This document shows positions 47,110 through 60,592 of a stretch of 64,000 nt of DNA, piece after piece. The translations under genes were made by a program, and so were the position numbers. The DNA is from Nemertoderma westbladi. Its lineage: Eukaryota; Animalia; Xenacoelomorpha. The notes beneath the pieces were generated by a model. It saw only the letters and a list, made by a program, of their open reading frames with translations, was not told where the DNA came from and did no database searches. Numbering within the stretch: the stretch's first letter is position 1; each line of letters starts with the position of its first letter. Location: contig JAUCBJ010000045.1 of the NCBI GenBank assembly GCA_032718475.1, positions 38,527 through 102,526 on the forward strand, given 5' to 3'.

Positions 47110-50100
47110 GCCTTTGGAAACACTTGACCCGTCTTCTGTGAGCCAATCTTACCTTCGCAAAGCGTTGACCCATCTTCTGTGAGCCAATATTACCTTCGCA
47201 AATCTGAGACTCGCCTTCTTTGAGCCAATATTACCTTCGCAAACCGTTGACCCTTCTTCTGTGAGCCAAAATTACCTTCACCAACCGTTGACCCATCTTC
47301 TGTGAGCTAATATTACCTTCGCAAATCTTTGACCCGTCTTCTGTGAGCCAATATTACCTTCGCAAATCTTTGACCCGTCTTCTGTGAGCCAATATTACCT
47401 TCGCAAATCTGAGACTCGCCTTCCTTGAGCCAATATTACCTTCGCAAACCGTTGACCCTTCTTCTGTGAGCCAAAATTACCTTCGCAAAGCGTTGACCCG
47501 TCTTCTGTGAGCCAATATTACCTTCGCAAACCTTTGACCCGTCTTCTGTGAGCCAATATTACCTTCGCAAACCGTTGACCCGTCTTCTGTGAGCCAATAT
47601 TACCTTCGCAAACCTTTGACCCGTCTTCTGTGAGCCAATATTACCTTCGCAAACCGTTGACCCTTCTTATGTGAGCAATATTACCTTCGCAAACCTTTGA
47701 CCCGTCTTCTGTGAGCCAATATTACCTTCGCAAAGCGTTGACCCGTCTTCTGTGAGCCAATATTACCTTCGCAAACCGTTGACCCGTCTTCTGTGAGCCA
47801 ATATTACCTTCGCAAAGCGTTGACCCGTCTTCTGTGAGCCAATATTACCTTCGCAAACCGTTGACCCTTCTTCTGTGAGCCAACATTACCTTCGCAAAGC
47901 GTTGACCCGTCTTCTGTGAGCCAATATTACCTTCGCAAACCATTGACCCGTCTTCTGTGAGCCAATATTACCTTCGCAAACCGTTGACCCATCTTCTGTG
48001 AGCCAATATTACCTTCGGAAACCGTTGACCCATCTTCTGTGAGCTAATATTACCTTCGCAAATCTTAGACCCGTCTTCTGTGAGCCAATATTACCTTCGC
48101 AAATCTTAGACTCGCCTTCTGTGAGCCAATCTTACCTTCGGAAATCGTTGACCCATCTTCTGTGATCCAATATTACCTTCGCAAATCTTAGACTCGCCTT
48201 CTGTGAGCCAATCTTACCTTCGGAAATCGGTGACCCATTGTCTGTGAGCTAATATTACCTTCGCAAATCTTAGACCCATCTTCTGTGAGCCAATATTACC
48301 TTCGCAAATCTTAGACTCACCTTCTGTGAGCCAATCTTTCCTTCGGAAACCGTTGACCCTTCTTCTGTGAGCCAATATTACCTTCGCAAACCGTTGACCC
48401 GTCTTCTGTGAGCTAATATTACCTTCGCAAATCTTAGACCCGTCTTCTGTGAGCCAATATTACCTTCGCAAATCTTACACTCGCCTTCTTTGAGCCAATA
48501 TTACCTTCACAAACCGTTGACCCTTCTTCTGTGAGCCAATATTACCTTCGAAAAGCGTTGACCCGTCTTCTGTGAGCCAATATTACCTTCGCAAATCTTA
48601 CACTCGCCTTCTTTGAGCCAATATTACCTTCGCAAACCGTTGACCCATCTTCTGTGAGCCAATATTACTTTCGCAAACCTTTGACCCTTCTTCTGTGAGC
48701 CAATATTACCTTCGCAAAGCGTTGACCCGCCTTCTGTGAGCCAATATTACCTTCGCAAATCTTACACTCGCCTTCTTTGAGCCAATATTACCTTCGCAAA
48801 CCGTTGACCCATCTTCTGTGAGCCAATATTACTTTCGCAAACCTTTGACCCGTCTTCTGTGAGCCAATATTACCTTCACCAACCGTTGACCCATCTTCTG
48901 TGAGCCAATATTACCTTCGCAAACCTTTGATCCGTCTTCTGTGAGCCAATATTACCTTCGCAAAGCGTTGACCCGTCTTCTGTGAGCCAATATTACCTTC
49001 GCAAACCGTTGACCCATCTTCTGTGAGCCAATATTACCTTCGCAAACCGTTGACCCGTCTTCTGTGAGCCAATATTACCTTCGCAAACCGTTGACCCGTC
49101 TTCTGTGAGCCAATATTACCTTCGCAAATCTTACACTCGCCTTCTTTGAGCCAATATTACCTTCGCAAACCGTTGACCCTTCTTCTGTGAGCCAATATTA
49201 CCTTCGCAAACCGTTGACCCATCTTCTGTGAGTTAATATTACCTTCGCAAATCTTAGACCCGTCTTCTGTGAGCCAATATTACCTTCGCAAATCTTACAC
49301 TCGCCTTCTTTGAGCCAATATTACCTTCACAAACCGTTGACCCTTCTTCTGTGAGCCAATATTACCTTCGAAAAGCGTTGACCCGTCTTTTGTGAGCCAA
49401 TATTACCTTCGCAAATCTTACACTCGCCTTCTTTGAGCCAATATTACCTTCGCAAACCGTTGACCCATCTTCTGTGAGCCAATATTACTTTCGCAAACCT
49501 TTGACCCTTCTTCTGTGAGCCAATATTACCTTCGCAAAGCGTTGACCCGCCTTCTGTGAGCCAATATTACCTTCGCAAATCTTACACTCGCCTTCTTTGA
49601 GCCAATATTACCTTCGCAAACCGTTGACCCATCTTCTGTGAGCCAATATTACTTTCGCAAACCTTTGACCCGTCTTCTGTGAGCCAATATTACCTTCACC
49701 AACCGTTGACCCATCTTCTGCGAGCCAATATTACCTTCGCAAACCTTTGATCCGTCTTCTGTGAGCCAATATTACCTTCGCAAAGCGTTGACCCGTCTTC
49801 TGTGAGCCAATATTACCTTCGCAAACCGTTGACCCATCTTCTGTGAGCCAATATTACCTTCGCAAACCGTTGACCCGTCTTCTGTGAGCCAATATTACCT
49901 TCGCAAACCTTTGACCCGTCTTCTGTGAGCCAATATTACCTTCGCAAACCGTTAACCCTTCTTCTGTGAGCCAATATTACCTTCACAAACCTTTGACCCG
50001 TCTTCTGTGAGCCAACATTACCTTCGCAAAGCGTTGACCCGTCTTCTGTGAGCCAATATTACCTTCGGAAATCTTAGACTCGCCTTCTGTGAGCCAATCT

Positions 50101-53100
50101 TACCTTCGGAAATCGTTGACCCGTCTTCTGTGAGCCAATATTACCTTCACAAATCTTAGACCCGTCTTCTGTGAGCCAATATTACCTTCGCAAATCGTAG
50201 ACTCGCCTTCTGTGAGCCAATATTACCTTCGCAAACCGTTGACCCATTTTCTGTGAGCCAATATTACCTTCGCAAATCTGAGACTCGCCTTCTTTGAGCC
50301 AATATTACCTTCGCAAACCTTTGACCCGTCTTCTGTGAGCCAATATTACCTTCGCAAACCTTTGACCCCGTCTTCTGTGAGCCAATATTACCTTCGCAAA
50401 CCTTTGACCCGTCTTCTGTGAGCCAATATTACCTTCGCAAACCTTTGACCCGTCTTCTGTGAGCCAATATTACCTTCGCAAACCTTTGACCCGTCTTCTG
50501 TGAGCCAATCTTACCTTCGTAAACCTTTGACCCGTCTTCTATGAGCCAATATTACCTTCGCAAACCTTTGACCCGTCTTCTGTGAGCCAATATTACCTTC
50601 GCAAACCTTTGACCCGTCTTCTGTGAGCCAATATTACCTTCGCAAACCTTTGACCCGTCTTCTGTGAGCCAATCTTACCTTCGCAAACCTTTGACCCGTC
50701 TTCTGTGAGTCAATATTACATTAGCAAACCTTTGATCCGTCTTCTGTGAGCCAATATTACCTTCGAAAACCTTTGACCCGTCTTCTGTGAGCCAATCTTA
50801 CCTTCGCAAACCTTTGACCCGTCTTCTGTGAGCCAATATTACATTCGCAAACCTTTGACCCGTCTTCTGTGAGCCAATCTTACCTTCGCAAACCTTTGAC
50901 CCGTCTTCTGTGAGCCAATATTACATTCGCAAACCTTTGACCCGTCTTCTGTGAGCCAATATTACCTTCACAAATCTTAGACTCGCCTTCTGTGAGCCAA
51001 TCTTACCTTCGGAAACCGTTGACCTATCTTCTGTGAGCTAATATTACCTTCGCAAATCTTAGACTCGCCTTCTGTGAGCCAATCTGAATTTCGGAAATCG
51101 GTGACCCATCTTCTGTGAGCTAATATTACCTTCGCAAATCTTAGACCCGTCTTCTGTGAGCCAATATTACCTTCGCAAATCTTAGACTCGCCTTCTGTGA
51201 GCCAATCTTACCTTCGGAAATCGTTGACCCATCTTCTGTGAGCCAATATTACCTTCGCAAATCTTAGACTCGCATCCTGTGAGCCAATCTTACCTTCGGA
51301 AATCGTTGACCCATCTTCTGTGAGCCAATATTACCTTCGCAAATCTTAGACTCGCCTCCTGTGAGCAAATCTTACCTTCGGAAATCGTTGACCCATCTTC
51401 TGTGAGCTAATATTACCTTCGCAAATCTTAGACCCGTCTTGTGTGAGCCAATCTTATCTTCGGAAATCGTTGACCCATCTTTTGTGAGCTAATATTACCT
51501 TCGTAAATCTTAGACCCGGCTTCTGTGAGCCAATATTACCTTCGCAAATCTTAGACTCGCCTTCTGTGAGCCAATCTGACCTTCGCAAATCTTAGACTCG
51601 CCTCCTGTGAGCCAATCTTACCTTCGGAAATCGTTGACCCATCTTCTGTGAGCCAATATTACCTTCGCAAATCTTAGACTCGCCTCCTGTGAGCCAATCT
51701 TATATTCGGAAATCGTTGACCCATCTTTTGTGAGCTAATATTACCTTCGTAAATCTTAGACCCGGCTTCTGTGAGCCAATATTACCTTCGCAAATCTTAG
51801 ACTCGCCTTCTGTGAGCCAATCTGACCTTCGCAAATCTTAGACTCGCCTCCTGTGAGCCAATCTTACCTTTGGAAATCGTTGACCCATCTTCTGTGAGCC
51901 AATATTACCTTCGCAAATCTTAGACTCGCCTCCTGTGAGCCAATCTTATATTCGGAAATCGTTGACCCATCTTTTGTGACCTAATATTACCTTCGTAAAT
52001 CTTAGACCCGTCTTCTGTGAGCCAATATTACCTTCGCAAATCTTACACCAGTCTTCTGTGAGCCAATATTACCTTCGCAAATCTTAGACTCGCCTTCTGT
52101 GAGCCAATCTGACCTTCGCAAATCTTAGACTCGCCTTCTGTGAGCCAATAGTACCTTCGGAAATCTTTGACTCGCCATCAGTGAGCCAATCTTACCTTCG
52201 GAAATCGTTGACCCATCTTCTGTGAGCTAATATTACCTTCGCAAATCTTAGACCCGTCTTCTGTGAGCCAATATTACCTTCGCAAATCTTAGACCCGTCT
52301 TCTATGAGCCAATATTACCTTCGCAAATCTTAGACTCGCCTTCTGTGAGCCAATATTACCTTCGCAAATCTTAGACTCACTTTCTGTGAGCCAATATTAG
52401 CTTCGCAAAAAATCTTAGAATCGCATTCTGTGAGCCAATCTTACTTTTGCAAATCTTAGACTCGCCTTCTGTGAGCCAATCTGACCTTCGCAAATTTTAG
52501 ACTCGCCTTCTGTGAGCCAATAGTACCTTCGGAAATCTTTGACTCGCCATCTGTGAGCCAATCTTACCTTCGGAAATCGTTGACCCATCTTCTCTGAGCC
52601 AATATTACCTTCGCAAATCTTAGACCCGTCTTCTGTAAGCCAATATTACCTTCGGAAATCTTAGACCCGTCTTCTGTGAGCCAATATTACCTTCGCAAAT
52701 CGTAGGCTCGTCTTCTGTGAGCCAATATTACCTTTGCAAATCTTAGACCCGTCTTCTGTGAGCCAATACTACCTTCGCAAACCTTTGACCCATCTTCTGT
52801 GAGCTAATATTACCTTCGCAAATCTTAGACTCTCCTTCTGTGAGCCAATCTTACCTTCGGAAATCGTTGACCCATCTTCTCTGAGCCAATATTACCTTCG
52901 CAAACCGTTGACCCATTTTCTGTGAGCCAATATTACCTTCGCAAATATGAGACTCGCCTTCTTTGAGCCAATATTACCTTCGCAAACCTTTGACCCGTCT
53001 TCTGTGAGCCAATATTACCTTCGCAAACCTTTGACCAGTCTTCTGTGAGCCAATATTACCTTCGCAAACCTTTGACCCGTCTTCTGTGAGCCAATATTAC

Positions 53101-56100
53101 CTTCGCAAACCTTTGACACGTCTTCTGTGAGCCAATATAACCTTCGAAAACCTTTGACCCGTCTTCTGTGAGCCAATCTTACCTTCGTAAACCTTTTACC
53201 CGTCTTCTGTGAGCCAATATTACCTTCGCAAACCTTTGACCCGGCTTCTGTGAGCCAATATTACCTTCGCAAACCTTTGACCCGTCTTCTGTGAGCCAAT
53301 ATTACCTTCGCAAACCTTTGACCCGTCTTCTGTGAGCCAATATTACCTTCGAAAACCTTTGACCCGTCTTCTGTGAACCAATCTTACCTTCACAAACCTT
53401 TGACCCGTCTTCTGTGAGCCAATATTACATTCGCAAACCTTTGACCCGTCTTCTGTGAGCCAATATTACCTTCGCAAATCTTTGGCTCGCCTTCTGTGAG
53501 CCAATCTACCTTCGGAAACCGTTGACCCATCTTCTGTGAGCTAATATTACCTTCGCAAATCTTAGACTCGCCTTCTGTGAGTCAATCTGAATTTCGGAAA
53601 TCGGTGACCCATCTTCTGTGAGCTAATATTACCTTCGCAAATCTTAGACCCATCTTCTGTGAGCCAATATTACCTTCGCAAATCTTAGACTCGCCTTCTG
53701 TGAGCCAATCTTACCTTCGGAAATCGTTGACCCATCTTCTGTGAGCCAATATTACCTTCGCAAATCTTAGACTCGCCTCCTGTGAGCCAATCTTAACTTC
53801 GGAAATCATTGACCCATCTTCTGTGAGCCAATATTACCTTCGCAAATCTTAGACTCGCCTCATGTGAGCCAATCTTACCTTCGGAAATCGTTGACCCATC
53901 TTCTGTGAGCTAATATTACCTTCGCAAATCTTAGACCCGTCTTCTGTGAGCCAATCTTACCTTCGGAAATCGTTGACCCATCTTCTGTGAGCCAATATTA
54001 CCTTCGCAAATCTTAGACTCGCCTCCTGTGAGCCAATCTTAACTTCGGAAATCATTGACCCATCTTCTGTGAGCCAATATTACCTTCGCAAATCTTAGAC
54101 TCGCCTCATGTGAGCCAATCTTACCTTCGGAAATCGTTGACCCATCTTCTGTGAGCTAATATTACCTTCGCAAATCTTAGACCCGTCTTCTGTGAGCCAA
54201 TCTTACCTTCGGAAATCGTTGACCCATCTTCTGTGAGCCAATATTACCTTCGCAAATCTTAGACTCGCCTCCTGTGAGCCAATCTTAACTTCGGAAATCA
54301 TTGACCCATCTTCTGTGAGCCAATATTACCTTCACAAATCTTAGACTCGCCTTCTGTGAGCCAATCTTACCTTCGGAAATCGTTGACCCATCTTCTGTGA
54401 GCTAATATTACCTTCGAAAATATTAGACCCATCTTCTGTGAGCCAATATTACCTTCGCAAATCTTAGACTCGCCTTCTGTGAGCCAATCTTACCTTCGGA
54501 AATCGTTGACCCATCTTCTGTGAGCCAATATTACCTTCGCAAATCTTAGACTCGCCTCCTGTCAGCCAATCTTAACTTCGGAAATCATTGACCCATCTTC
54601 TGTGAGCCAATATTACCTTCGCAAATCTTAGACTCGCCTTCTGTGAGCCAATCTTACCTTCGGAAATCGTTGACCCATCTTCTGTGAGCTAATATTACCT
54701 TCGCAAATCTTAGACCCGTCTTCTGTGAGCCAATCTTACCTTCGGAAATTGTTGACCCATCTTTTGTGAGCTAATATTACCTTCGTAAATCTTAGACCCG
54801 GCTTCTGTGAGCCAATATTACCTTCGCAAATCTTAGACTCGCCTTCTGTGAGCCAATCTGACCTTCGCAAATCTTAGACTCGCCTCCTGTGCGCCAATCT
54901 TACCTTCGGAAATCGTTGACCCATCTTCTGTGAGCCAATATTACCTTCGCAAATCTTAGACTCGCCTCCTGTGAGCCAATCTTACCTTCGGAAATCGTTG
55001 ACCCATCTTCTGTGAGCTAATATTACCTTCGCAAATCTTAGACACGCCTTCTGTGAGCCAATCTTACCTTCAAAAATCGTTGAACCATCTTCTGTGAGCC
55101 AATATTACCTTCGTAAATCTTAGACCCGGCTTCTGTGAGCCAATATTACCTTCGCAAATCTTACACCCGTCTTCTGTGAGCCAATATTACCTTCGCAAAT
55201 CTTAGACTCGCCTTCTGTGAGCCAATCTTACCTTCGCATATCTTAGACTCACCTTCTGTGAGCCAATATTACCTTCGTATATCTTAGACTCGCCTTCTGT
55301 GAGCTAATATTACCTTCGCAAATCTTAGACCTGCCTTCTGTGAACCAATCTTCCCTTCGCATATCTTAGACTCACCTTCTGTGAGCCAATATTACCTTCG
55401 GAAATCTTAGACTCGCCTTCTGTGAGCTAATATTACCTTCGCAAATCTTAGACTCACCTTCTGTGAACCAATATTATCTTCGCAAATCTTAGACTCGCCT
55501 TCTGTGAGCCAATCTTACCTTCGAAAAACGTTGACCTGCCTTCTGTGAGCCAATCTTACATTCGCAAACCGTTGACCCGCCTTCTGTGAGCCAATCTTAC
55601 CTTCACAAACCGTTGACCCGCCTTCTGTGAGTCAATCTTACCTTCGCAAACCGTTGACCCGTCTTCTGTGAGCCAATATTACCTTCGCAAACCGTTGACC
55701 CGCCTTCTGTACGCCAATCTTACCTTCGCAAACCGTTGACCCATCTTCTGTGAGCCAATATTACCTTCGCAAACCGTTAACCCGTCTTCTTTGAGCCAAT
55801 CTTTCCTTCGCAAACCGTTGACCCGCCTTCTGTGAGCCAATCTTACCTTCGCAAACCGTTAACCCTCTTCAGTGAGCTAATATTACCTTCGCAAACCGTT
55901 GACCCGCCTCCTGTGAGCCAATCTGACCTTCGCAAACAGTTGAACCATCTTATGTGAGCCAATATTACCTTCGCAAACCGTTGACCCACTTCAGTGAGCT
56001 AATATTACCTTCACAAACCTTTGACCCATCTTCTGTGAGCCAATCTTGCCTTTGCAAACCTTTGACCCAACTTCTGTGAGCCAATATTACCCTCGCAAAC

Positions 56101-57290
56101 CTTTGAACCATCTTCTACGAGCCAATCTTACCTTCGCAAACCTTTGACTCTTCTTCTGTGAGCCAATCTTACCTTCGCAAACCTTTGACCCATCTTCTGT
56201 GAGCCAATATTACCTTCGCAAACCGTTGACCATCTTCTGTGAGCCAATCTTACCTTCGCAAACCTTTGACCCATCTTCTGTGAGCCAATCTTACCTTCGT
56301 AAACCTTTGACCCATCTTCTGTGAGCCAATATTACCTTCGCAAACCTTTGACCCTTCTTCTGTGAGCCAATCTTACCTTCGTAAATCTTAGACTCGCCTT
56401 CTGTGAGCCAATCTTACCTTCGCAAACCGTTTACCCATCTTCTGTGAGCCAATATTTCCTTCGCAAACCGTTGATCCGCCTTCTGTGAGCCAATCTTATC
56501 TTCGCAAACCGTTGACCAGCCTTCTGTGAGCCAATATTACCTTCGCAAACCGTTGACCCGCCTTCAGTGAGCCAATATTACCTTCGCAAACCGTTGACCC
56601 TCCTTCTGTGAGCCAATATTACTTTCGCAAATCTTAGACTCACCTTCTTTGAGCCAATATTACCTTCGCAAACCGTTGACCCGTCTTCTTTGAGCCAATC
56701 TTTCCTTCGCAAACCGTTGACCCTTCTTCTGTGAGCCAATCTTACCTAAGCAAACCGTTGACCCGCCTCCTGTGAGCCAATGTTACCTTCGCAAACCGTT
56801 GAACCACCTTCTGTGAGCCAATCCTACCTTCGCAAACCGTTGACCCGCCTTCTGTGAGCCAATCTTACCTTCGCAAACCGTTGACCCGCCTTCTGTGAGC
56901 CAATATTACCTTTGCAAACCGTTGACCCACCTTCTGTGAGCCAATCTTACCTTCGCAAACCGTTGACCCGTCTTCTGTGAGCCAATATTACCTTCGCAAA
57001 CCGTTGACCCGCCTTCTGTAAGCCAATCTTACCTTCGCAAACCGTTGACCCGCCTTCTGTGAGCAAATCTTACCTTCGTAAACCGTTGACCCTCCTTCTG
57101 TGAGCCAATAATACCTTCGCAAAACGTTGACCCGCCTTCTGTGAGCCAATATTACCTTCGCAAACCGTTGACCCGCCTTCTGTGAGCCAATATTACCTTC
57201 GGAAATCTTAGACTCACCTTCTAGCTTTGCAAATCTAAGACTCTCCTTCTATGAGCCAATCTTACCTTCGCAAACCTTTGACCCGTCTTC
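47110..57290 (-). repeat. 41-bp satellite, roughly 250 copies, derived from the exon 3/intron 3 boundary
   Basis: Minus-strand unit AAGACGGGTCAACGGTTTGCGAAG-gtaatattggctcacag; the first unit is the end of the coding exon at 57266-57290. Confidence 0.95.
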
Positions 57291-57397
57291 TTTGTGCGAA
57301 ATATATGATATCGCACACGAGTTGCAGTCCGGTTCTTGTCTGTGTTTTATTACACATTTATATTCTAAGCCACAAACTTCGCACGGGTTGTCAACAC
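57266..57397 (-). CDS. Exon 3 (132 nt, phase 1-1), Cys-rich/EGF-like module
   Basis: ctatttcag|GTGTTGAC ... TGCGAAG|gtaaga; (C)VDNPCEVCGLEYKCVIKHRQEPDCNSCAISYISHKEDGSKVCE. Joins in frame to both neighbours; not in the ORF track. Confidence 0.8.
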
Positions 57398-57637
57398 CTG
57401 AAATAGTAAAAATTAAATTAAATAGTCATAGAAATAATTTTATCACTAATATATACATTATCTACTAAAATAAGTTAATTATCACTAAAATCTATATCGT
57501 TGTCATCAAAAATAAAACTATAACCTGTTATTTTCTATTGAATTTCGTTTGTTGTTTTGGTTCGATTAATAATGTGCCACTGTAACCTGCCCCTTTCACT
57601 TATTTAGTAATATTTTACATAATTTATAAGTGGGGGT

Positions 57638-58479
57638 AGTCCACTGTTAAAGTCCACAGTTAAAGTCCACTGTTAAAGACCACTGTTAAAGTCCACTGTT
57701 AAAGTCCACTGTTAAAGTCCACTGTTAAAGTCCACTGTTAAAGTCCACTGTTAAAGTCCACTGTTAAAGTCCACTGTTAAAGTCCACTGTTAAAGTCCAC
57801 TGTTAAAGTCCACTGTTAAAGTCCACTGTTAAAGTCCACTGTTAATGTCCACTGTTAAAGTCCACTGTTAAAGTCCACTGTTAAAGTCCACTGTTAAAGT
57901 CCACTGTTAAAGTCCACTGTTAAAGTCCACTGTTAAAGTCCACTGTTAAAGTCCACTGTTAGAGTCCACTGTTAAAGTCCACTGTTAAGGTCCACTGTTA
58001 AAGTCCACTGTTAAAGTCCACTGTTAAAGTCCACTGTTAAAGTCCACTGTTAAAGTCCACTGTTAAAGTCCACTGCTAAAGTCCACTGTTAAAGTCCTCT
58101 GTTAAAGTCCACTGTTAAAGTCCACTGTTAAAGTCCACTGTTAAAGTCCACTGTTAAAGTCCACTGTTAAAGTCCACTGTTAAGGTCCACTGTTAAGGTC
58201 CACTGTTAAAGTCCACTGTTAAAGTCCACTGTTAAAGTCCACTGTTAAAGTCCACTGTTAAAGTCCACTGTTAAAGTCCACTGTTAAAGTCCACTGTTAA
58301 AGTCCACTGTTAAAGTCCACTGTTAAAGTCCACTGTTAAAGTCCACTGTTAAAGTCCACTGTTAAAGTCCACTGTTAAAGTCCACTGTTAAAGTCCACTG
58401 TTAAAGTCCACTGTTAAAGTCCACTGTTAAAGTCCACTGTTAAAGTCCACTGTTAAAGTCCACTGTTAAAGTCCACTGT
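57638..58479. repeat. 13-bp minisatellite (GTCCACTGTTAAA)n, ~65 copies, intronic
   Basis: Direct inspection. Confidence 0.95.
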
Positions 58480-58634
58480 CAGTGTTAAATTACACAGTTT
58501 ATTAATAATTAATAGATTTTAGGGGTAATTAATATTGTAGTGATTTTCCTGTTAAAATTAATTGAAAAATGCTTATTTTTGTGGATTTTAATAACTTTCA
58601 CCCATTGTATGTTATCTATCCAATATTTACTTAC

Positions 58635-58907
58635 ATAGGAAAGGAATTTTATCGACTTTATCGAAGAAGGCGACATTTTCACCAAACGTAGCGACAACTG
58701 TACTGAGTTTGGTGTCGGTTTCATAGTCAGTTTCGTATCCACAGAATCTCGTGATATTCCAAGCCCACACAGCCGCCTTACATTCGGTATCGCCGCCACA
58801 TCTCCTCATGCATTCCTTGTAAGAGTCGATGTCTGTCTGGCTCTTTAGACCCACAGCTCCAAGGTTACGGGCTCTACATGGGGACGCGAACTTTCCAACC
58901 CAACCAG
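58635..58907 (-). CDS. Exon 2 (273 nt, phase 1-1), PAN/apple-like domain
   Basis: ttattcag|CTGG ... CTAT|gtaagt; SYKECMRRCGGDTECKAAVW...C pattern. Confidence 0.8.
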
Positions 58908-59395
58908 CTGAATAAGTAACATACAGTACATACAGTTCATTCGCATCTAAACTACGTTCCAATAAATCAGTGATGATACCATTTAGCCAGTTCACCAACA
59001 TTATCGTGGCATATAACGTATGTAATTGAGAATTCAGCAAACTTAAAATTAGGCAAACCAGGTAATACCATACTACTAAGTTGGTATATCTTAAAAATAA
59101 GTATTTAATAATAAGTATAACTACAAGTAAACATAAGTACTACTATTACTATAACTAAGTATAGTAATAAGTTTTTATTATCAAGCTTTTAAAATAACTG
59201 ACTATGGCTGTCTTTACTACGTCGAACCCAACTCAATTAATTATAATGATGCCACTCTTCACCCAAATACCAATAATTAACACTTATAATCAGATACGGG
59301 ATTATTGACACAATAATGTGGATTACCACTCGCCAATGTCATAACACAATGACGTGAAAGACACTGCCATAACTACTACCCAGTCATTATTATAA

Positions 59396-60575
59396 ATAAT
59401 TGAATGTACCGACATACTGACTAACAGGGGGTTGTGATGTATATATATTTTTGACTTATATATTTGATTTTTAAAAACACTTTTGTTTGTGTTTTTTGTT
59501 TGTTTTGTTTTGTGTTCCTTGATGGCCTTAGGGTCTGGAAGGTATTTTGGGCTTAATGTCCTGATTCTATATTTTTTTGTAGTTAAAGGGTGTAAGACTC
59601 TAGTGTTTACCTTAAAGTTAATATATACATCACAACCCCCTGTTAGTCAGTATGTCGGTTACATTCAATTATCACATATGAATATCCCGAATTTTTACTG
59701 GGATAGAGCAGAACTCCGGCATCACTGCATGTTGTTAAATCTTATATAATTTTTGTGCTGTGTGTTTGCTCTAGCAAACTACCAGTTTTCCATTGGTAAC
59801 ATGTTTACTTACCGTAGGCCTATAGGGTTCCAATGTTCTGAGGTCTGAAGTCTGTTTGGGCTGAGTGGTAACTGAGTTGATGGTGCGATTAATTTAGGTC
59901 AATGGTGCAATATAGTTAGGCTTGGCTAATTCCCTGTCCAGCTGATGAGGTGTCGAGGATTAGCGCGTACTGGCCCTAGACGCCGAAACGCAACCATATT
60001 TTTAACAAATTAATTATTTTTGTCTTAGTCCTACCTCTTTTACGGCGACAAAAATGTCATATATTTTCTTATAGAATATAGGCTTAGCTTTTGTGCAGTT
60101 TAATACCGGTATCATTTAGTGTATGGCGGTTAGGTTTTAGGGTTAGGGTTGCGATACATACTTGTATGTGGAGCATGGTATAATATATTTTGTTTATGTT
60201 TTTTGTTTGTTTTGTTTTGTGTTCCTTTATGGCCTTAGGGTCTGGAAGGTATTTTGGGCTTAATGTCCTGATACTATACTTTTGTTTGTTTTGTTTTGTG
60301 TTCCTTTATGGCCTTAGGGTCTGGAAGGTATTTTGGGCTTAATGTCCTGATACTATACTTTTGTTTGTTTTGTTTTGTGTTCCTTGATGGCCTTAGGGTC
60401 TGGAAGGTATTTTGGGCTTAATGTCCTGATACTATACTTTTGTTTGTGTTTTTTGTTTGTTTTGTTTTGTGTTCCTTGATGGCCTTAGGGTCTGGAAGGT
60501 ATTTTGGGCTTAATGTCCTGATTCTATATTTTTTTGTAGTTAAAGGGTGTAAGACTCTAGTGTTTACCTTAAAAT
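59396..60575 (+). mobile_element. Rearranged intronic repeat with inverted and direct duplications; possible Penelope-like remnant
   Basis: 59396-59448 inverted at 59621-59672; 59480-59615 repeated at 60440-60575; 79-bp unit x4 at 60200-60520; hammerhead-like core inside. Confidence 0.45.
59935..59996 (+). ncRNA. Hammerhead-ribozyme-like motif (incomplete)
   Basis: CTGATGA (59942-59948), stem II GGTGTC/GACGCC extended by AGG/CCT and TTAG/CTGG, then GAAAC (59985). No clean stem I or NUH site found. Confidence 0.45.
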
Positions 60576-60592
60576 TATTATAAATAACTAAC

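Noticed and set aside
47110-57290. CRISPR-like look (constant part plus variable part)
   Set aside because: The variable parts are a few related variants, not unique spacers; no cas genes; eukaryotic intron context
59327-59390. Alternative signal-peptide exon for the PAN gene
   Set aside because: The hydrophobic frame gives a phase-2 donor incompatible with exon 2, and the phase-1 frame has stops and only a 5-codon start
60135-60150. TTAGGG telomeric repeats
   Set aside because: Only two units
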